Shown here in pieces: positions 1 to 12,917 of a DNA stretch of 64,000 bases (the stretch's first letter is position 1; each line of letters opens with the position of its first letter). The DNA lies in assembly GCF_006345805.1 (NCBI RefSeq), contig NC_043014.1, positions 50,964,001 to 51,028,000 of the forward strand. Reading direction: 5' to 3'. Below the pieces are notes generated by a model, which ran no database searches, was not told where the DNA came from, and worked only from the letters and a program-made list of their open reading frames with translations. The stretch is from Octopus sinensis (lineage: Eukaryota). The position numbers were made by a program, and so were the translations under genes.

Positions 1-121
1 TAATATATATATATATGTATGTATATACATACATACATATATATGTACATACATACATACATACATATATACATATATATATATATACATACATACATAC
101 ATATAAACATATATATATACA
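1..121. repeat. (TA)n/(TACA)n compound microsatellite
   Basis: Direct inspection; the 19..228 ORF (YIHTYI...) is its translation. Confidence 0.95.
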
Positions 122-2174
122 CGCAAAGACATATCAGAGTGTCTAGTGTAAGAACTGTTGATAAAGCGTCTGTAAATACCAGTCACCTTCCCTCAAAGCG
201 CAGAGAATTAACAAAGAGGACACATTGAAATAACATAGAACTGGATGCAGAATGGAAGATACAGAATGGAAGATAACGACACAATGCATGTAATTGTCTT
301 TCTCCTCATTCATGTTTGAACTGGGCATAAACCAACGAAAAGACAAACGACAAAAAATGCAAAAAAATAACTGTTTTACAGCCCGAATGGCTACATAAAA
401 GTGTGTATCTAATTAGATTTTGTACATGAGTTTAAACATAAGCACCTCCAACGACAAAACCGCCACCATCAACAACAACAACGAGAATATATTTACTGCA
501 TTATTATTTCCAAAGTTTGCTTTTGGCCACAAATATTTCAGGAAGGAAGGAAGGAAGTGGTACTATAGAAATTCTGTTCTAGTTTTTTTTTTTTTACTCT
601 TATACTTATCGACTACTACAAGAATGAAAGCGGGTGGATTGTATCCTGATTTTTTGAAATAAGTAGATAGTATTTAGTCAGTCAATTGTTATTGGTCGAA
701 CGTGGTCATGTGAATAGAATTTTATATCGCACCATTCAGGATTATAATTCCACTGATTGCTATCTCTCTTGTTATATAAGGGAGAACACTCGCTTTAGTC
801 TTGCCAAAATTTTTGCATGGCTCCCATAATGTCTATATTATTCTAGTTGGTTCTGTGTTGAAGAACTGCGGTTAATATAACCGATCTTTTAATTCAGTGA
901 TATGATTCACTCTTACACAATTTGGAATCTTTCTGTCATGGAAAATTTTTCATTTATGGATAAACTATCCAAACGTAATTAGAGAGGCAGTTAGTGTTCT
1001 AGAAATCTCTCCATTTGAATAAATAAATGTCAAGTTATAACATGTCTTTAGAGTTTTGTTTTGGTGGAAAGCCTGACTCATCTCATGTGCCTTATATTTC
1101 ACTGCCTTGCAGCTGAATACTTACCCTTGCGGGTAGTTTCCGTGGTTTCTACAGTTAAAATATAGTAGCTGGTGTTGTGTCTATCTCAGATCATATTGGG
1201 ATATGATAGGGGAGATAAATGAGAAATCAACATACGGAAAGGGTTTTGAAAATAGAAATTCTGTATACAGTGGAAGTGATTTTGTTATTGAAGACCAACC
1301 TGACAACCATTTTTAGAAGAGAACTGCAGATTGTAAGGCACGGAATATTACGTGATCTGTATGTGGAGAAATATTGGTGGAGGCTATGAATTATTTGTAT
1401 GGGATTCCCTTTCCTAATCTTTGAAACGAGAGTTGCAAAGATTGATAGGTTTTCTACAGAAGAGTAAAGTCTTGATTTTTGTTGTTGTTTTGATATTTAT
1501 GATAACTGACCATTCATATTTATAATGTAAAACTTGACCAGTTTATATCATTCTTTTCTATTATAGAAATAATACATTTCTAAATCTCTCAGAGAGATTT
1601 ATACAGTAGCAGCACAATAAAGTTATAGTATATTGTCAACTTAATGTGACAGTCCCATGAAAAGGAAGAATGCTACTGTTATTTAGCCCCAGGAAACACT
1701 GTTTCCTGTTGGCTTTGACACATATTATTTCTATTATTTGAAAATGGTAGTGAAAACTTGAAGAATAATAGGTAGTTACTTCTAGCATTCTTAGTGAGTA
1801 TAGAAAGAGCCTACGATGGCAATGATGGTATTATATCACATTTGATAAGTAAGTAGACAGCTGCGGTTGCTGCGACAGACGTGTATAGAAAAACAACGTT
1901 CAAGCTAAAAGTGAGATCAGTTTTTCTAAGTATGGATGGGTTAACATCCTCCAGTCTGTTGATAACTTCAGTGGGGCTTTTAATATGTTCTGGGAAGGTT
2001 TGATGTAATGTCTTAGGAATATTTGACGGAAGTTAATGAATATGGAATTGCTTCAAAAACAAACAGAAAATTTGAAGACTTTTATCCTATCATATTCACA
2101 CGTATCGTCATTAATCCAAGAATTTTAACGGATTAATGAAAGTCATTAATTGTTTATTATTTCTAGCAACAACA

Positions 2175-2580
2175 TATGAGGATCTGCCAATAAATAACTT
2201 TAGTTTTAAAGCTCTGTAATAGCTCGATCGTTCTGTAGTCGTAAAATGAAACAGTGCTGGAGAATCCTTATTGTATTTCCGTCCATAAAGATTCCATTTA
2301 TGATCTTTGCATGAGTTGCATTAACAAGTATCTCTGAATTTACATAAGATGCTTTTAAATGCTCAGAACGCGAAATGAAAGAAGATGACTTCAGTTTTTT
2401 TTTTGGGGGGGGGGGGGGCATTATGCAATAAAGTCATTTCAAAAATTTCATAGAAATAAATCGTTAAAGGAGAGATACTTTCCGCAAAAGACGCCTTTCA
2501 AATATGGTTTCAAAAATGTCATTCATGTCGTAACAAGTCCAAACAGTATCAAATCTTTGAAATTTACTGCTAGATAAAAG
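2175..2580 (-). mobile_element. Heavily decayed mariner-like transposase remnant
   Basis: Minus-strand peptide traces WTCYDMN (resembles DETW..Y) and ILRLQNDRAITE (resembles ILLHDNARPHT); TIR-like tatgaggatctgcc at about 2175; many stops and indels. Confidence 0.3.
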
Positions 2581-2852
2581 TTTTCATTCTATGCAAACTC
2601 ATCTCTTGTCGCATTTTGCTTTCGGAAATTTGTCATCTTTCTACAGTCATAAACCTCACTCAAGGTCTCGCAAATGATTTCCCTTGGAAAAGAAATTGGG
2701 TATATGCTACCTTCCTGGTTGAATTCGGCACAAGATGAATATCTGGATACAAAATTAGCATACATACTGACTCTTTGTGTATTATGCATATATATATATA
2801 CACACACAAAGATATTATATGTGTATATTGAATACATATATGAATTACATGC

Positions 2853-2884
<32 letters not shown>

Positions 2885-2892
<8 letters not shown>

Positions 2893-3003
2893 ATCACGTG
2901 ACCGACCAGATCATCAGACGTTGTTACACATCGCTGGTCACAATGCGTTCGCATTGTTTTAGCCTTCGAATGACGCCACCCCGCTGGCTAAGCGAGCAGG
3001 CCA

Positions 3004-3004
<1 letters not shown>
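2885..3004 (-). mobile_element. SINE family B, 5'-truncated copy with tail type 1 only
   Basis: Reverse complement of the 3' tail at about 3246-3370 and same tail as 20383-20505 (gcctgctc..ttagccagcggggtggcg..gtcacggtgat). Confidence 0.85.
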
Positions 3005-3062
<58 letters not shown>

Positions 3063-3370
3063 GGCGCAATGGCCCAGTGGTTGGGGCAGCGGACTCGCGG
3101 TCGTAAGATCGCGGTTTCGATTCCCAGACCGGGAGTTGTGAGTGTGTATTGAGTGAAAACACCTAAAGCTCCACGACGCTCCAGCAGGGGGTAGTGGCGA
3201 TCCCTGCTGTACTCTTTCGCCACAACTTTCTCTCATTCTTTCTTCTGTTAGCCTGCTCACTTAGCCAGCGGGGTGGCGACATTTGAAGGCTAAAACAAAG
3301 CGAAGTGCATTGTGACCAGCGATGTGTAGCAACATCTGATAGCCTGGTCGGTCACGGTGATCACAGTGAT
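3063..3370 (+). mobile_element. SINE family B, full length (tRNA-like head, tail type 1)
   Basis: Head ggcgcaatggcccagtggttggggcagcgg with A-box-like tggcccagtgg and B-box-like ggtttcgattcc; homologous to copies at 9996, 20383, 34817 and 45496. Probably one of the octopus OK/OR SINEs; name not verified. Confidence 0.9.
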
Positions 3371-3585
3371 ATATATATATATATAGAAAAGTAAAGGACG
3401 AAGCCAGGTATCTGAACAATAAGCAAGTTTAATAGTTTGATGCCCTGGAAATAGGAAAAAGTATTTTCCGTTTCGAGCTTGCGCTCTTCAACAGAAGCAA
3501 ATAAGAGAAAATATATAGAGAATGAATATAAAAAAATTGTAGATTTCAGCGGTCGAATACCCCCCCCCCCCCCACACACACACAA

Positions 3586-3643
<58 letters not shown>

Positions 3644-5554
3644 CATTGGTGTTCATATTAATGCATATAGCTAGTTGTATAGTATTTTTTTAAAAGTATT
3701 CTTTATATTAAATGAGATGTGACTTGAAATATCTTACAATGTATTTCAAGTTTTTCACTGTCTTCATAGTCACAGTGAAATAGCAAATCTATGTTCCTTA
3801 TCATTGTCGCCATACAGATTTCTAATCAATTGGAATGTATCGATTTTCTTGGAGAGAGAGAAAAAATATATTTAAAAAAAATGGAAATCTGTGTTTGTGG
3901 CAAGTTTTCAAAGTCTAAACATATAGATTGCTAGACACAATGGAATTCTTTAAACATATGAAAATAATGTAATCTTGCGATAACAATATAAATGTAACTT
4001 AAATCCGAGGTGAAATATGTATGTACTGTGTGTATATTTCCAAAATTTTTGGCGTGTTTTTATTCCCGCATGGACATGTATATACACCCACATATGAATG
4101 ATTAATGCGAAGATCTCATTTCTATATTCCTGTATTTACTAAAAACCACCTCCTATTTTCATATGCGTAAACAATTTCATATTGAAGAAAATTATATTGA
4201 TATATTCCGATCAGAATGTTTAGAAGAATTGATATATGTCAACATATGACATAAACCCACATATCCGATAAAGGGTAAGCGATCTTACTAGATTGAAAAT
4301 GTCAGAGAGATTAAAATGGCATTTGTCAGTATTCCACTTGAAATGTATACGAGTTGAGAAGGAAAATTTACAAGTAATATTATGCTGAAGTGGTAATGCT
4401 ATATACCTGCTGATTCTACAGAGTTTTGGAATATTTCAGTGCATAAATATTCTGCATCAAGCCAGCATATGATGAAGAGCCGCACAGTAAAACTAGATGT
4501 TAATGCTATAATATTTCTATTTCCCGTATTGATAATTGCGCGAGCGTAGAGACTAATTTCCTTGCTATTTTTATGATTCGTAAACCTTGCAAAGATATTC
4601 GACGTGTACAAGGAAAGTAAGCAAGCGGAAAGCTTTAAAGTCGGCCTTCCCTTTGCACAAAGGATATGAATTTCGAATTCCTTGCTTGCCAAATGCGTAT
4701 CGAGAAGCAGTTTAGCACATATGAAATTAAACATGAAGCGATTCTAGTTTACGAGAATAAATAATTCATTTTACCTTTTAAAATTAGCAAAGATTTGTCT
4801 GCAATGCTTTATGGCAACACACAAGGCGATATAACTCTAGCAGCGGAAATTAAATGGATATTTTTATATTCGTATTCTAGTACGAGCCACTAAACATAGT
4901 CTTCACAGTGATAAAATGCAGATCAGAAATAACAGCTCCGTCTATGATAAGACGCTCAATGCAAACACCAATAAAAATAATGACGTTATTGCGACTGTCA
5001 TTGATATTATGTTCATGCGTGGTTTTATGGATATTTTCGTTGGCGAGGTTTATAGTGTATGGAACTAAATCAAATATATTGCTATGGTTTAGACCCCCGG
5101 GAAAAGAAATTTAATATGAACCACAACAGGATTTCATAATACTTGTTATAATAGAGAAGATGCTGTTCGCCCACAATAATTTCTGTTTGACAATTTCAAT
5201 ACGAATTTTCTAATATAAGAAATAAAAGCTAGTTCTTAATATAAGTACAGATTCTTTTTTAGAGTTGGGGGTAACTTTACAATGAAAATCTTTGGTATTA
5301 GAAATTAGAACGTAGATAATTGTTAGGCGTTTTACTCTAACACACTGCGTTATGGGCTCATCCAACTTTTGCATGAGAACAGTTTCTAACACTGGCATGA
5401 CGATCCACATGTTGAGGAATGATATGGGGGCATATATCCATCTCTGTTTTGTATAGGAAATATATATTAAAAAAAGCAGAACAATAAGTTTATAACAAGA
5501 TAGTAACATTTATAGCAACAGCAGCAGCAGTAGTACTACTACTACTAGTGGTAA

Positions 5555-5965
5555 TCTATATATATACATATATATAAAGCTGAAGTGGTCTGTTTGTGTG
5601 TGAGGCAGGTTTGCTATCCTTCAACTAACACTATCTCCTCCGAGACCCTGCGGCGCAAGTTGACCAAAATTGAGAGTATGATAGAAGAAGGCTTACTCTT
5701 CATTCCGTAGAAACCAAATTCAAATCAGACCATGTTAACACCAAATATTATTTACATAAAAAAGGTGCTTTTTCTCTATGAAAATCCCTATTTTTTACGA
5801 TATTTTGACTGCTGTGTCGCCATTTTTCGGTGCATTTCAACCAGAAAAAAGTTCACTTAAAGAGAATAACAAGCAACATAATGCAAAAGTTTTACTTTTG
5901 AAAAATTCCTATTCTAAAGGGTCGAAATGAAAACAAACCCAAGCAAAGCAGGGCTATACTGCTAG
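5555..5965 (+). mobile_element. Non-autonomous Helitron-like element
   Basis: Starts TC after A5554 (tctatatatat...aaagctgaag..ctgtttgtgtg), ends CTAG before T5966, weak subterminal hairpin cccaagcaaagcaggg; no TSD. This is the classic A|TC...CTAG|T layout. Confidence 0.65.
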
Positions 5966-5984
5966 TGTTTTCTAATTTTAGCAC

Positions 5985-6395
5985 CAGCCAGTAGTTTTTG
6001 AGGGGGGCGCCAAATTGGATAACATACGTCCCATTAATTCAATGGTGTTTTATCAACTTCTGAAAAGATGAAAGACTAAACCGTCCTGGACTGCATTTAA
6101 GCTCAAGACGTAAAGACAGAAGACATGCAATTTAGTTATTAGTCCCGTGTTGTAACGATTCTGAGAGTTCACAACCTTAATAATCAATCTTTTCTTCTAT
6201 ATGCACACTGCTTGAAATTTGGGCGAGTGGGCTGGCTGATTATGTGGACACCATTGTTCCAAGTGGTGTTTCTTTTAGCAAGCCACGAAAAATGACACAC
6301 GAAGTAAGCCTCGGCGGAATTTGAACTCAGAACATTGAAACAAACGAAATGCTGTGAAGCACTTTGTCCGGCGTGCTAACAATTCTGCCAGCTCT
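5985..6395 (-). mobile_element. Two degraded SINE family C copies
   Basis: cctcggcggaatttgaactcagaac and ccggcgtgctaacaattctgccagctc at about 6309-6394 match the family C head in reverse; 5985-6170 is a more decayed copy. Confidence 0.55.
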
Positions 6396-6944
6396 GATTA
6401 CAGCAAATATTCTGCTCCATACTACAGATTTGCTTGTCAATTGTTTGACCTTAGCCATTTGAGCATGTCCCTTAGTGGCTGGCGATATGTGCAGAAGTAG
6501 TGGGGTAGCATCATAGCTATTTGTTGAGAAGAATTCATTGGGGTTTGGATAATTCACCGGTGTAAACATGGGTGTTTTGTTTGATCATCATTGAACAACT
6601 CTTATTCAGTGACATTTTGGGCTATCCGAGCTGGAGAAAATTCTAACTGGCCTCCACTTGCAAGATCACGCTCTGTCTATCTCGATATGAGATCATGACG
6701 TCACGCACATAAGTTTATTAAGGTTGAACCTGATGTATATGCACACACATATTATACGTACAAGCATACATATATGTATGTACGTGTGTATTCACTCGTT
6801 TTTTTATTCTGTAGACGAGTGTAGGAACGAAATGTTAAACACTTCTTCCATTTTTCCTGAGCGTGAATATAATACAACTTTATTGTTTCCACACCTACCC
6901 CTGACGCTTGTTTTTTATTCTGTTTAGTATAATTTTCAGCTATA

Positions 6945-7016
6945 TACATGTGTGTGCATGCGTGAGTGAGTGTGTGTATATGTGTGTGTAGATGTATATA
7001 TGTATGTGTGTGTATG

Positions 7017-7051
<35 letters not shown>

Positions 7052-7192
7052 TTGTAAATGTGTATATGTATATATATGTCTGTGTGTACATATATGTGTG
7101 TGTGTATAAATATATGTATGTGTGCGTATGTATATACGTATATTTATATATATATATATATAATGAATATGTGAATGTATGCGTGTATGTAT

Positions 7193-7268
<76 letters not shown>

Positions 7269-7315
7269 GCATATATATATGTATAGCATATAAACACATA
7301 CATACACACACATAT
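6945..7315. repeat. Compound (TG)/(TA)/(CA) microsatellite field
   Basis: Direct inspection. Confidence 0.95.
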
Positions 7316-8157
7316 AGATACTGAAATGCAATTTCAACTCGGATATGATACTCATTTTTATCCTGATAAGAATACCAGTCTTATCAATCAAACATGGAAA
7401 AGACAGCGCAAGGGAACCACCTACTTCAGCTATTAGACTTTTAATATAATGAAAGATCTATCTAGTAGCAAGGAAAGCAAAGAATCACACCGCAGAGAGC
7501 CTTGTTGGCAATGGAAATGTGAAAAACATCTCCTACACACAGATAAATAACAGCAGTAAAAGGAAAATCACCCTGATATATATCATAGGGGAGGAGGAAA
7601 ATTTTCAGATTTTCTATGGATGGATACCCATTTTTCAAAACATAATGCCACCCAATGAATGGTTTTGAAGAACTCGAATCAGATATATATATATATATAT
7701 ATATATATCCGCTATATCGGAAATCTACAATAGGTCCAAAACTACCCTCTCGCTTTTACCCTTGGAGACCAGGTAATCTGTTGCAACTGCTACAATACCT
7801 ACCTACCGTACCTAGTCGTTTATATCACCAGAGAAATAAACCCCTATACTTTGTATATATATATATATATATATATATATGTAGGTCCCGGGTTGATTCG
7901 GGGTTAACCACAGTAATAAGGTACTCAATACATAGCAGAGTAAAATTAATTTATTATATAGAAGGAGCTTCTACAGGACTAGAAACTGTTTCATTCAAGA
8001 GAAATCTCAGGAAGTAGTTAACAAGAATTGTATTGGCATTATACATTTAGGCAGGTTTTAAAGGGGTGTTGGTGGGGGACTTTTTGGGGGTAGGCATAGC
8101 GCAAAAAATCATACTTGGGGGAGTGGTCAAGGAGTCAGTGTTAAATTAGATAGGAGA

Positions 8158-8161
8158 ATAA

Positions 8162-8227
<66 letters not shown>

Positions 8228-8251
8228 AAAATATAAAAAATAAAAAAATAA

Positions 8252-8283
<32 letters not shown>

Positions 8284-8764
8284 ATAATATATATATATAT
8301 ATAGTATAAAGGGGGAATAGAGTTTTAGGTAAATAAGGAGATTCTCACTTATACTCTGCACATATGTATACATATATACACACGCTACAAACATATATAC
8401 ATATACATACACACACAATATACATACATATACATACACACACACATAATATAATATATATATATATTATATATACACATATATATACACACTCACCACT
8501 ACATATACATCTATACAATACACACCACATACTCACATACACGCATACACACACAAATCCATACACACACATGCACACACAGCACACTAGTCCCTATATA
8601 CACATATATAACATACCCAAACATATATACACACCACACACATGCACATACATACACATAGAATACACACACATATATACATATACATATATACATATAC
8701 ATACATATATATATATATATATACATATACATACACATACGTGTACCTATGCATACCTACACAT

Positions 8765-8795
<31 letters not shown>

Positions 8796-9173
8796 CATAC
8801 ATATACAGATACAGACCCATTCCCTAATTTTAATTTTATTATCTTCGTTTATTACTTTTGTTATCTTTGGCCGCTTGGTCACAAACATCTTGGCTATGAC
8901 AGCCAGACCATTTATCCGTTCTACTGGAAAACAAGCACTCATTCACTCACCGCACACTCTTAGCACGTACACTCACTCATTCGCACACTCATACGCATAC
9001 ACGCACGCACGCGTTATATTCATACATACATACATCTACATACATTCACGTATATACACATACGTACGCGTACCTACAGATTCATGTCTACACTCTTAGA
9101 AGGCTAGTACTCTATACATATACACCAATAAATATAAATACACACACATACATGTACACCTACATACAAATAC

Positions 9174-9227
<54 letters not shown>

Positions 9228-9421
9228 TACATATACACATATATATACAATACAAACATACATTTATATTATATATATAATATATATATATATATAGATT
9301 ATATATATATATATATACATATATATATACATATACATATATATTATATTATATATTCATACTTACATGCATACTTACATGCATACTCAAAAATATTATA
9401 TATATATATATATATATATAT
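8158..9421. repeat. A-rich tract followed by TA/CA/TACA low-complexity field
   Basis: Near poly-A at about 8160-8250, then degenerate dinucleotide repeats with short unique islands. Confidence 0.9.
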
Positions 9422-9500
9422 TAGGTGGTATCAAAACGTTCTCGGACTAGTTATGATTTTGCAAAATAACTTATCTACTTAAGTTTTAAATCATCTCTGA
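9422..9500 (+). mobile_element. Isolated mariner-like terminus
   Basis: ttaggtggtatcaaaacgttctcggact after a TA run resembles a mariner TIR; no partner end found. Confidence 0.3.
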
Positions 9501-9512
9501 AAATATATATAT

Positions 9513-9549
<37 letters not shown>

Positions 9550-9684
9550 GATATATATTGTGAATAGAAAGATGAATAATCTTGTTGCAGATTAATCAAA
9601 AGTTTAACCGATACCTTGGTAGCAAAATAAACGATTTCTTTCAATCTTCGTTCAACTCCATTCTTCTTCAATTCACTATATATA

Positions 9685-9717
<33 letters not shown>

Positions 9718-9995
9718 GTGGTGTGTGTGTGTGTGTGTGTGTGTTGTGTGTGTGTGGTGTGTGAGTGTGTGTGTGTGTGTAGATATCATGTCTTCGGTCT
9801 GGTCTCACGCCAAGGAGGATTTAGAATATGTACCGCCGTAGCTATGTGTTTGTGTGTGCGTGTGTATACACAGACACACAGACATGTCTACATAAATACG
9901 CATAGATCCCTATATATACGTATCCATACGTACAGATTATTTTCGTGTGATCAGGAGTGCAGTCTTAAAGGAATGTCATTTATTTTATGCTTTAT

Positions 9996-10385
9996 GAATG
10001 GAAGCACTCCGTCGGTTACGACGATGAGTGTTCCGGTTGATCCGAATCAACGGAACAGCCTGCTCGTGAAATTAACGTGTAAGTGGCTGAGCACTCCACA
10101 GACACGTGCACCATTAACGTAGTTCTCGGGGATATTCAGCGTGACACAGAGAGTGACAAGGCCGGCCCCTTGAAATACAGGTACAACAGAAACAGGAAGT
10201 AATAGTGAGAGAAAGTTGTGGTGAAAGAGTACAGCAGGGATCACCACCATCCCCTGCCGGAGCCTCGTGGAGCTTTTAGATGTTTTCGCTCAATAAACAC
10301 TCACAACGCCCGGTCTGGGAATCGAAACCGCGATCCTACGACCGCGAGTCCGCTGCCCTAACCACTGGGCCATTGCGCCTCCACT
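9996..10385 (-). mobile_element. SINE family B, full length (tail type 2)
   Basis: Reverse complement of 34817-35205 over nearly the whole length. TSD tttatgctttat at 9984-9995, whose partner is displaced to 10995-11006. Confidence 0.92.
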
Positions 10386-10387
10386 AA

Positions 10388-10916
10388 ATGCAGGGAAGGC
10401 CTACTCAGACGCCCCATTCTTACCATTCTCGTCCACCTTTCGATAAACACACAATAAGAAAACATTACTCTTTTTACTCAAGCCCTGATCTTCAACAGAT
10501 ACTTGAAGAGGTTACTCTGAGTTTGGTCAGAATGCAAAAGTTCATGTCCTGGAACATTTCAATCGCGTCTCCAACGCCATTTTCGTACTCTCTCTTTACT
10601 CTTTTACTTGTTTCAGTCATTTGACTGCGGCCATGGTGGAGCACCACCTTTAGTCGAGCAAATCAACCCCGAGACTTATTCTTTGTAAGCCCAGTACTTA
10701 TTCTATAAGTCTCTTTTGCCGAACCGCTAAGTGACGGGGACGTAAACACACCAGCATCGGTTGTCAAGCAATGCTAGGAGGACAAACACAAACATATACA
10801 CGCACTTACATATATAAATATACATATATACGACAGGCTTCTTTCAGTTTCCGTCTACCAAATCCACTCACAAGGCATTGGTCGGCCCGGGGCTATAGCA
10901 GAAGACACTTGCCCAA
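10388..10916 (-). repeat. Inverted copy of 12590-13117 (headless SINE A body plus about 200 bp of its unique 3' flank)
   Basis: Shares the unique flank (gtacgaaaatggcgttgg...ggcctaccctgcat) and diagnostic SINE variants (gtctcggggttg, aaaggtggtg) with 12590-13117. Confidence 0.92.
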
Positions 10917-10995
10917 CGCCCGGTCTGGGAATCGAAACCGCGATCCTATGACCGCGAGTCCGCTGCCCTAACCACTGGGCCATTGCGCCTCCACT
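10914..10995 (-). repeat. 82-bp direct duplicate of the SINE B head at 10304-10385
   Basis: caacgcccggtctggg...gcgcctccact, one difference (cctacg vs cctatg). Confidence 0.95.
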
Positions 10996-11774
10996 TTATG
11001 CTTTATATCAGGTATTCGACGCACCATTTCCATTTAAGGTTTTTTTTTTGGGAGGCGGGGTACTTTAAACAACCCAAGAAGGGTATAGAAATATATATAC
11101 TATCAATTATCAAAACTAACCTAACATAGTACAACTTGTCAAATAAGATTTCCAAACATTATGATGACATTCCATATACTTTTTATTTTTTATTTTTTCT
11201 TTTTTCTTTTTTTTTCCTGTTTGTCCGTTAGATTCAGTTTCAGGATATTGCATAGCTTATTTCTCTGACATGAACGAATACAATAGACTCTGAATTATGA
11301 ATATATTATATCGTAAGGCAATTCTGTGTAACCAAGTTTTATATTGAATAAGATATTATCGCCGTTCTGACAATCTGGCTAAGAAAGTCGTTTTAAATAT
11401 CAACGAAATATCCACATCCTGTATTAAATACGATAATAGATTTTTGAATTGCTATATACAATATAACTACTGGCTTTACAAAAATCTTATTGATTTGCTT
11501 ATCTAAAAACAATGATCCGGAGACAATTTATGTCAGCAACACGCATTATAGTCTTTAAAATGTCTTGTTCAATATATTGCATATTTAGGTAGATGCTTAA
11601 ACTGTTAAAAGCCTTTCGGATAACGAAAATCATTTTCACGTTGTATTGTATTTCTTGACCTATTCTTACTTTCCAAAATGCATTCTTATCACTTGATTGA
11701 TCATCATACACTCAGCGCCTAGACTATTATTATTATTATTATTATTGTTATTCATGGCCGACCAAAGGCAGCGT

Positions 11775-11900
11775 GGCAGCAGAATCGTTATCGTGCTGTG
11801 CATAAATATTTAGCGCTAATTCTTCCGGCTCTACGATCTCAGTTCAAATTTCGTCGAGGTCGTCGACATTGCCTTTCATCTACTCAGGGTCCATGAAATA
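11775..11900 (+). mobile_element. Degraded SINE family C head, adjoining the mariner
   Basis: cagttcaaatttcgtcgaggtcg...gcctttcatc matches the family C B-box and central block. Confidence 0.55.
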
Positions 11901-12461
11901 TTAGGTTGTCCGGAAAGTTCGTGCCGATTTATAGTAGCTTACATTTCGACTTATTTTACAACATGGTTGAGTCCATAAAATAGGATTTGTCTACACCTCC
12001 ATTTAGAGCACAGTTTAAGCTATCTTTTCGTGGAAGAAGGTTTATGTTCCTATAACCTGTGTTAATTCTGTAACCTTTTAAAATGTAAGATAAGAAAGTT
12101 CATTTTCGGCACTTGATGCTTTGGGAACCAGACAAAAATTGCTGCAGCTCGGATGTGTTACCCCACCCTCCATATTCACCAGATATTGCTCCTTCCGATT
12201 TCCACTTATTCAGGTCTCTGCAGAATAGTCTTAATTGTAAAAATTTCAATTCCTTAGATGACATAAAAAAATACCTTGATGAATTCTTTGCCATGAAACC
12301 ACCTCAATTCTGGGAAGAGGGTATTTTCAAGTGACAGGAAAGATGGAGATTCAATTTGCAACAAAATGGTTCGTATTTGGTTGATTAAAAATGTAATGGT
12401 AAGTATTTATTGACCTTTTTCTTTCCTTTAAAAATCAGCACGAACTTTCCGGACAACCCAA
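11901..12461 (+). mobile_element. Internally deleted mariner (MITE-like, 561 bp)
   Basis: TIRs ttaggttgtccggaaagttcgtgccgattt / aaatcagcacgaactttccggacaacccaa; TA at 11899-11900 and 12462-12463; C-terminal transposase DVLPHPPYSPDIAPSDFHLFRSL (ORF 12113-12334) fused to a few N-terminal codons. Confidence 0.93.
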
Positions 12462-12512
12462 TATAAAGGTCATATGGGAACCACTGATCTAGTGAAAGAT
12501 TGGATGCTTTTA

Positions 12513-12917
12513 GGCTCAGGAGTGGCTGTGTGGTAAGTAGATTACTTACCAACCACATGGTTCCGGGTTCAGTCCTACTGCGTGGCATCTTGGGCAAGTG
12601 TCTTCTGCTATAGCCTCGGGCCGACCAATGCCTTGTGAGTGGGTTTGGTAGACGGAAACTGAAAGAGGCCTGTCGTATATATGTATATATATATATGTGT
12701 GTGTGTGTATATGTTTGTGTTTGTCCCCCTAGCATTGCTTGACTACCGATGATGGTGTGTTTACGTCCCCGTCACTTAGCAGTTCGGCAAAATATACCGA
12801 TAGAATAAGTACTGGGCTTACAAAGAATAAGTCTCGGGGTTGATTTGCTCGACTAAAGGTGGTGCTCCAGCATGGCCGCAGTCAAATGCCTAAAACAAGT
12901 AAAAGAGTAAAGAGAGA
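12513..12917 (+). mobile_element. SINE family A, full length (tRNA-like head, internal (TA)n(TG)n, gagtaaaa-repeat tail)
   Basis: ggc(t)caggagtggctgtgtggtaag...ggttcagtcc head and gctccagcatggccgcagtcaaatg tail; homologous to 14465, 38593 and 61891. Confidence 0.92.

Noticed and set aside
1795-1848. Possible 54-nt exon (ttag|...|gtaagt; SIERAYDGNDGIISHLI)
   Set aside because: Good donor, but no recognisable protein and no neighbouring exons; needs RNA-seq.
3063-3135. tRNA-like sequences at SINE heads
   Set aside because: They run directly into SINE bodies and lack a proper acceptor stem, so they are not tRNA genes.
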